Source of the DNA: an uncultured delta proteobacterium
Lineage (GTDB): Bacteria > Myxococcota_A > Polyangia > Polyangiales > Polyangiaceae
DNA length: 64,000 nucleotides
Direction of reading: 5' to 3'
Assembly: GCA_963850305.1 (NCBI GenBank)
Contig: CAWKKR010000007.1
Span: forward strand, 1 to 64,000
Both the position numbers and the translations under genes were made by a program. This document shows, one piece after another, positions 63,859 through 64,000 of the stretch. The notes beneath the pieces were generated by a model. That model saw only the letters and a program-made list of their open reading frames with translations. It did not search any database and was not told the origin of the DNA. How positions within the stretch are numbered: position 1 is the first letter of the stretch; every line of letters begins with the position of its first letter.

Positions 63859-64000
63859 TCACGCCCGTTTCCGGCAGGACGCCTTTGGTGACGGACCGCA
63901 GGTGAGGAACGCGCTACGGTCGACGAGATGGCGCAGCCCAATCCGGTTCAGGACCCGGTCGAGCTCTACCGCCGCTTGCTCGACGACGAAGTCATCCGTG

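Noticed and set aside
63928..64000. Possible plus-strand gene start (MAQPNPVQDPVELYRRLLDDEVIR)
   Set aside because: Too short at the window edge to support a call.

Overview
GC-rich bacterial DNA that looks myxobacterial (Polyangiaceae/Sorangium-like), judged from a MYXO-CTERM-type tail, a Ser/Thr kinase-lipoprotein cluster and Gly/Cys-rich lipoproteins. The left ~36.8 kb is an accessory island. It ends at a xis-int pair next to the 3' end of an initiator tRNA-Met gene, and its other boundary is not visible in the window. The island carries a defence cluster (partial type 3 BREX operon, rhomboid, DUF2779 nuclease, GmrSD/DUF262, PD-(D/E)XK nuclease), an IS91/ISCR-type transposase, a serine resolvase, ArsR-SRPBCC and a large FG-GAP/Cys-rich surface protein. 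It also has a coupled operon of small nucleic-acid-processing genes, a kinase/outer-membrane-protein/lipoprotein cluster followed by an apparent spare lipoprotein cassette, and a duplicated 105-bp structured element. The right ~27 kb is mostly core genome: iscS, secG, tpiA, pgk, gap, trpC-like, an FHA-GAF cyclase, glpK, a MacAB-like transporter, MaoC and FKBP, then two broken genes. Many island genes are split by single-base frameshifts, which may be assembly errors or real decay. All family assignments come from motif recognition by eye; no database search was run.
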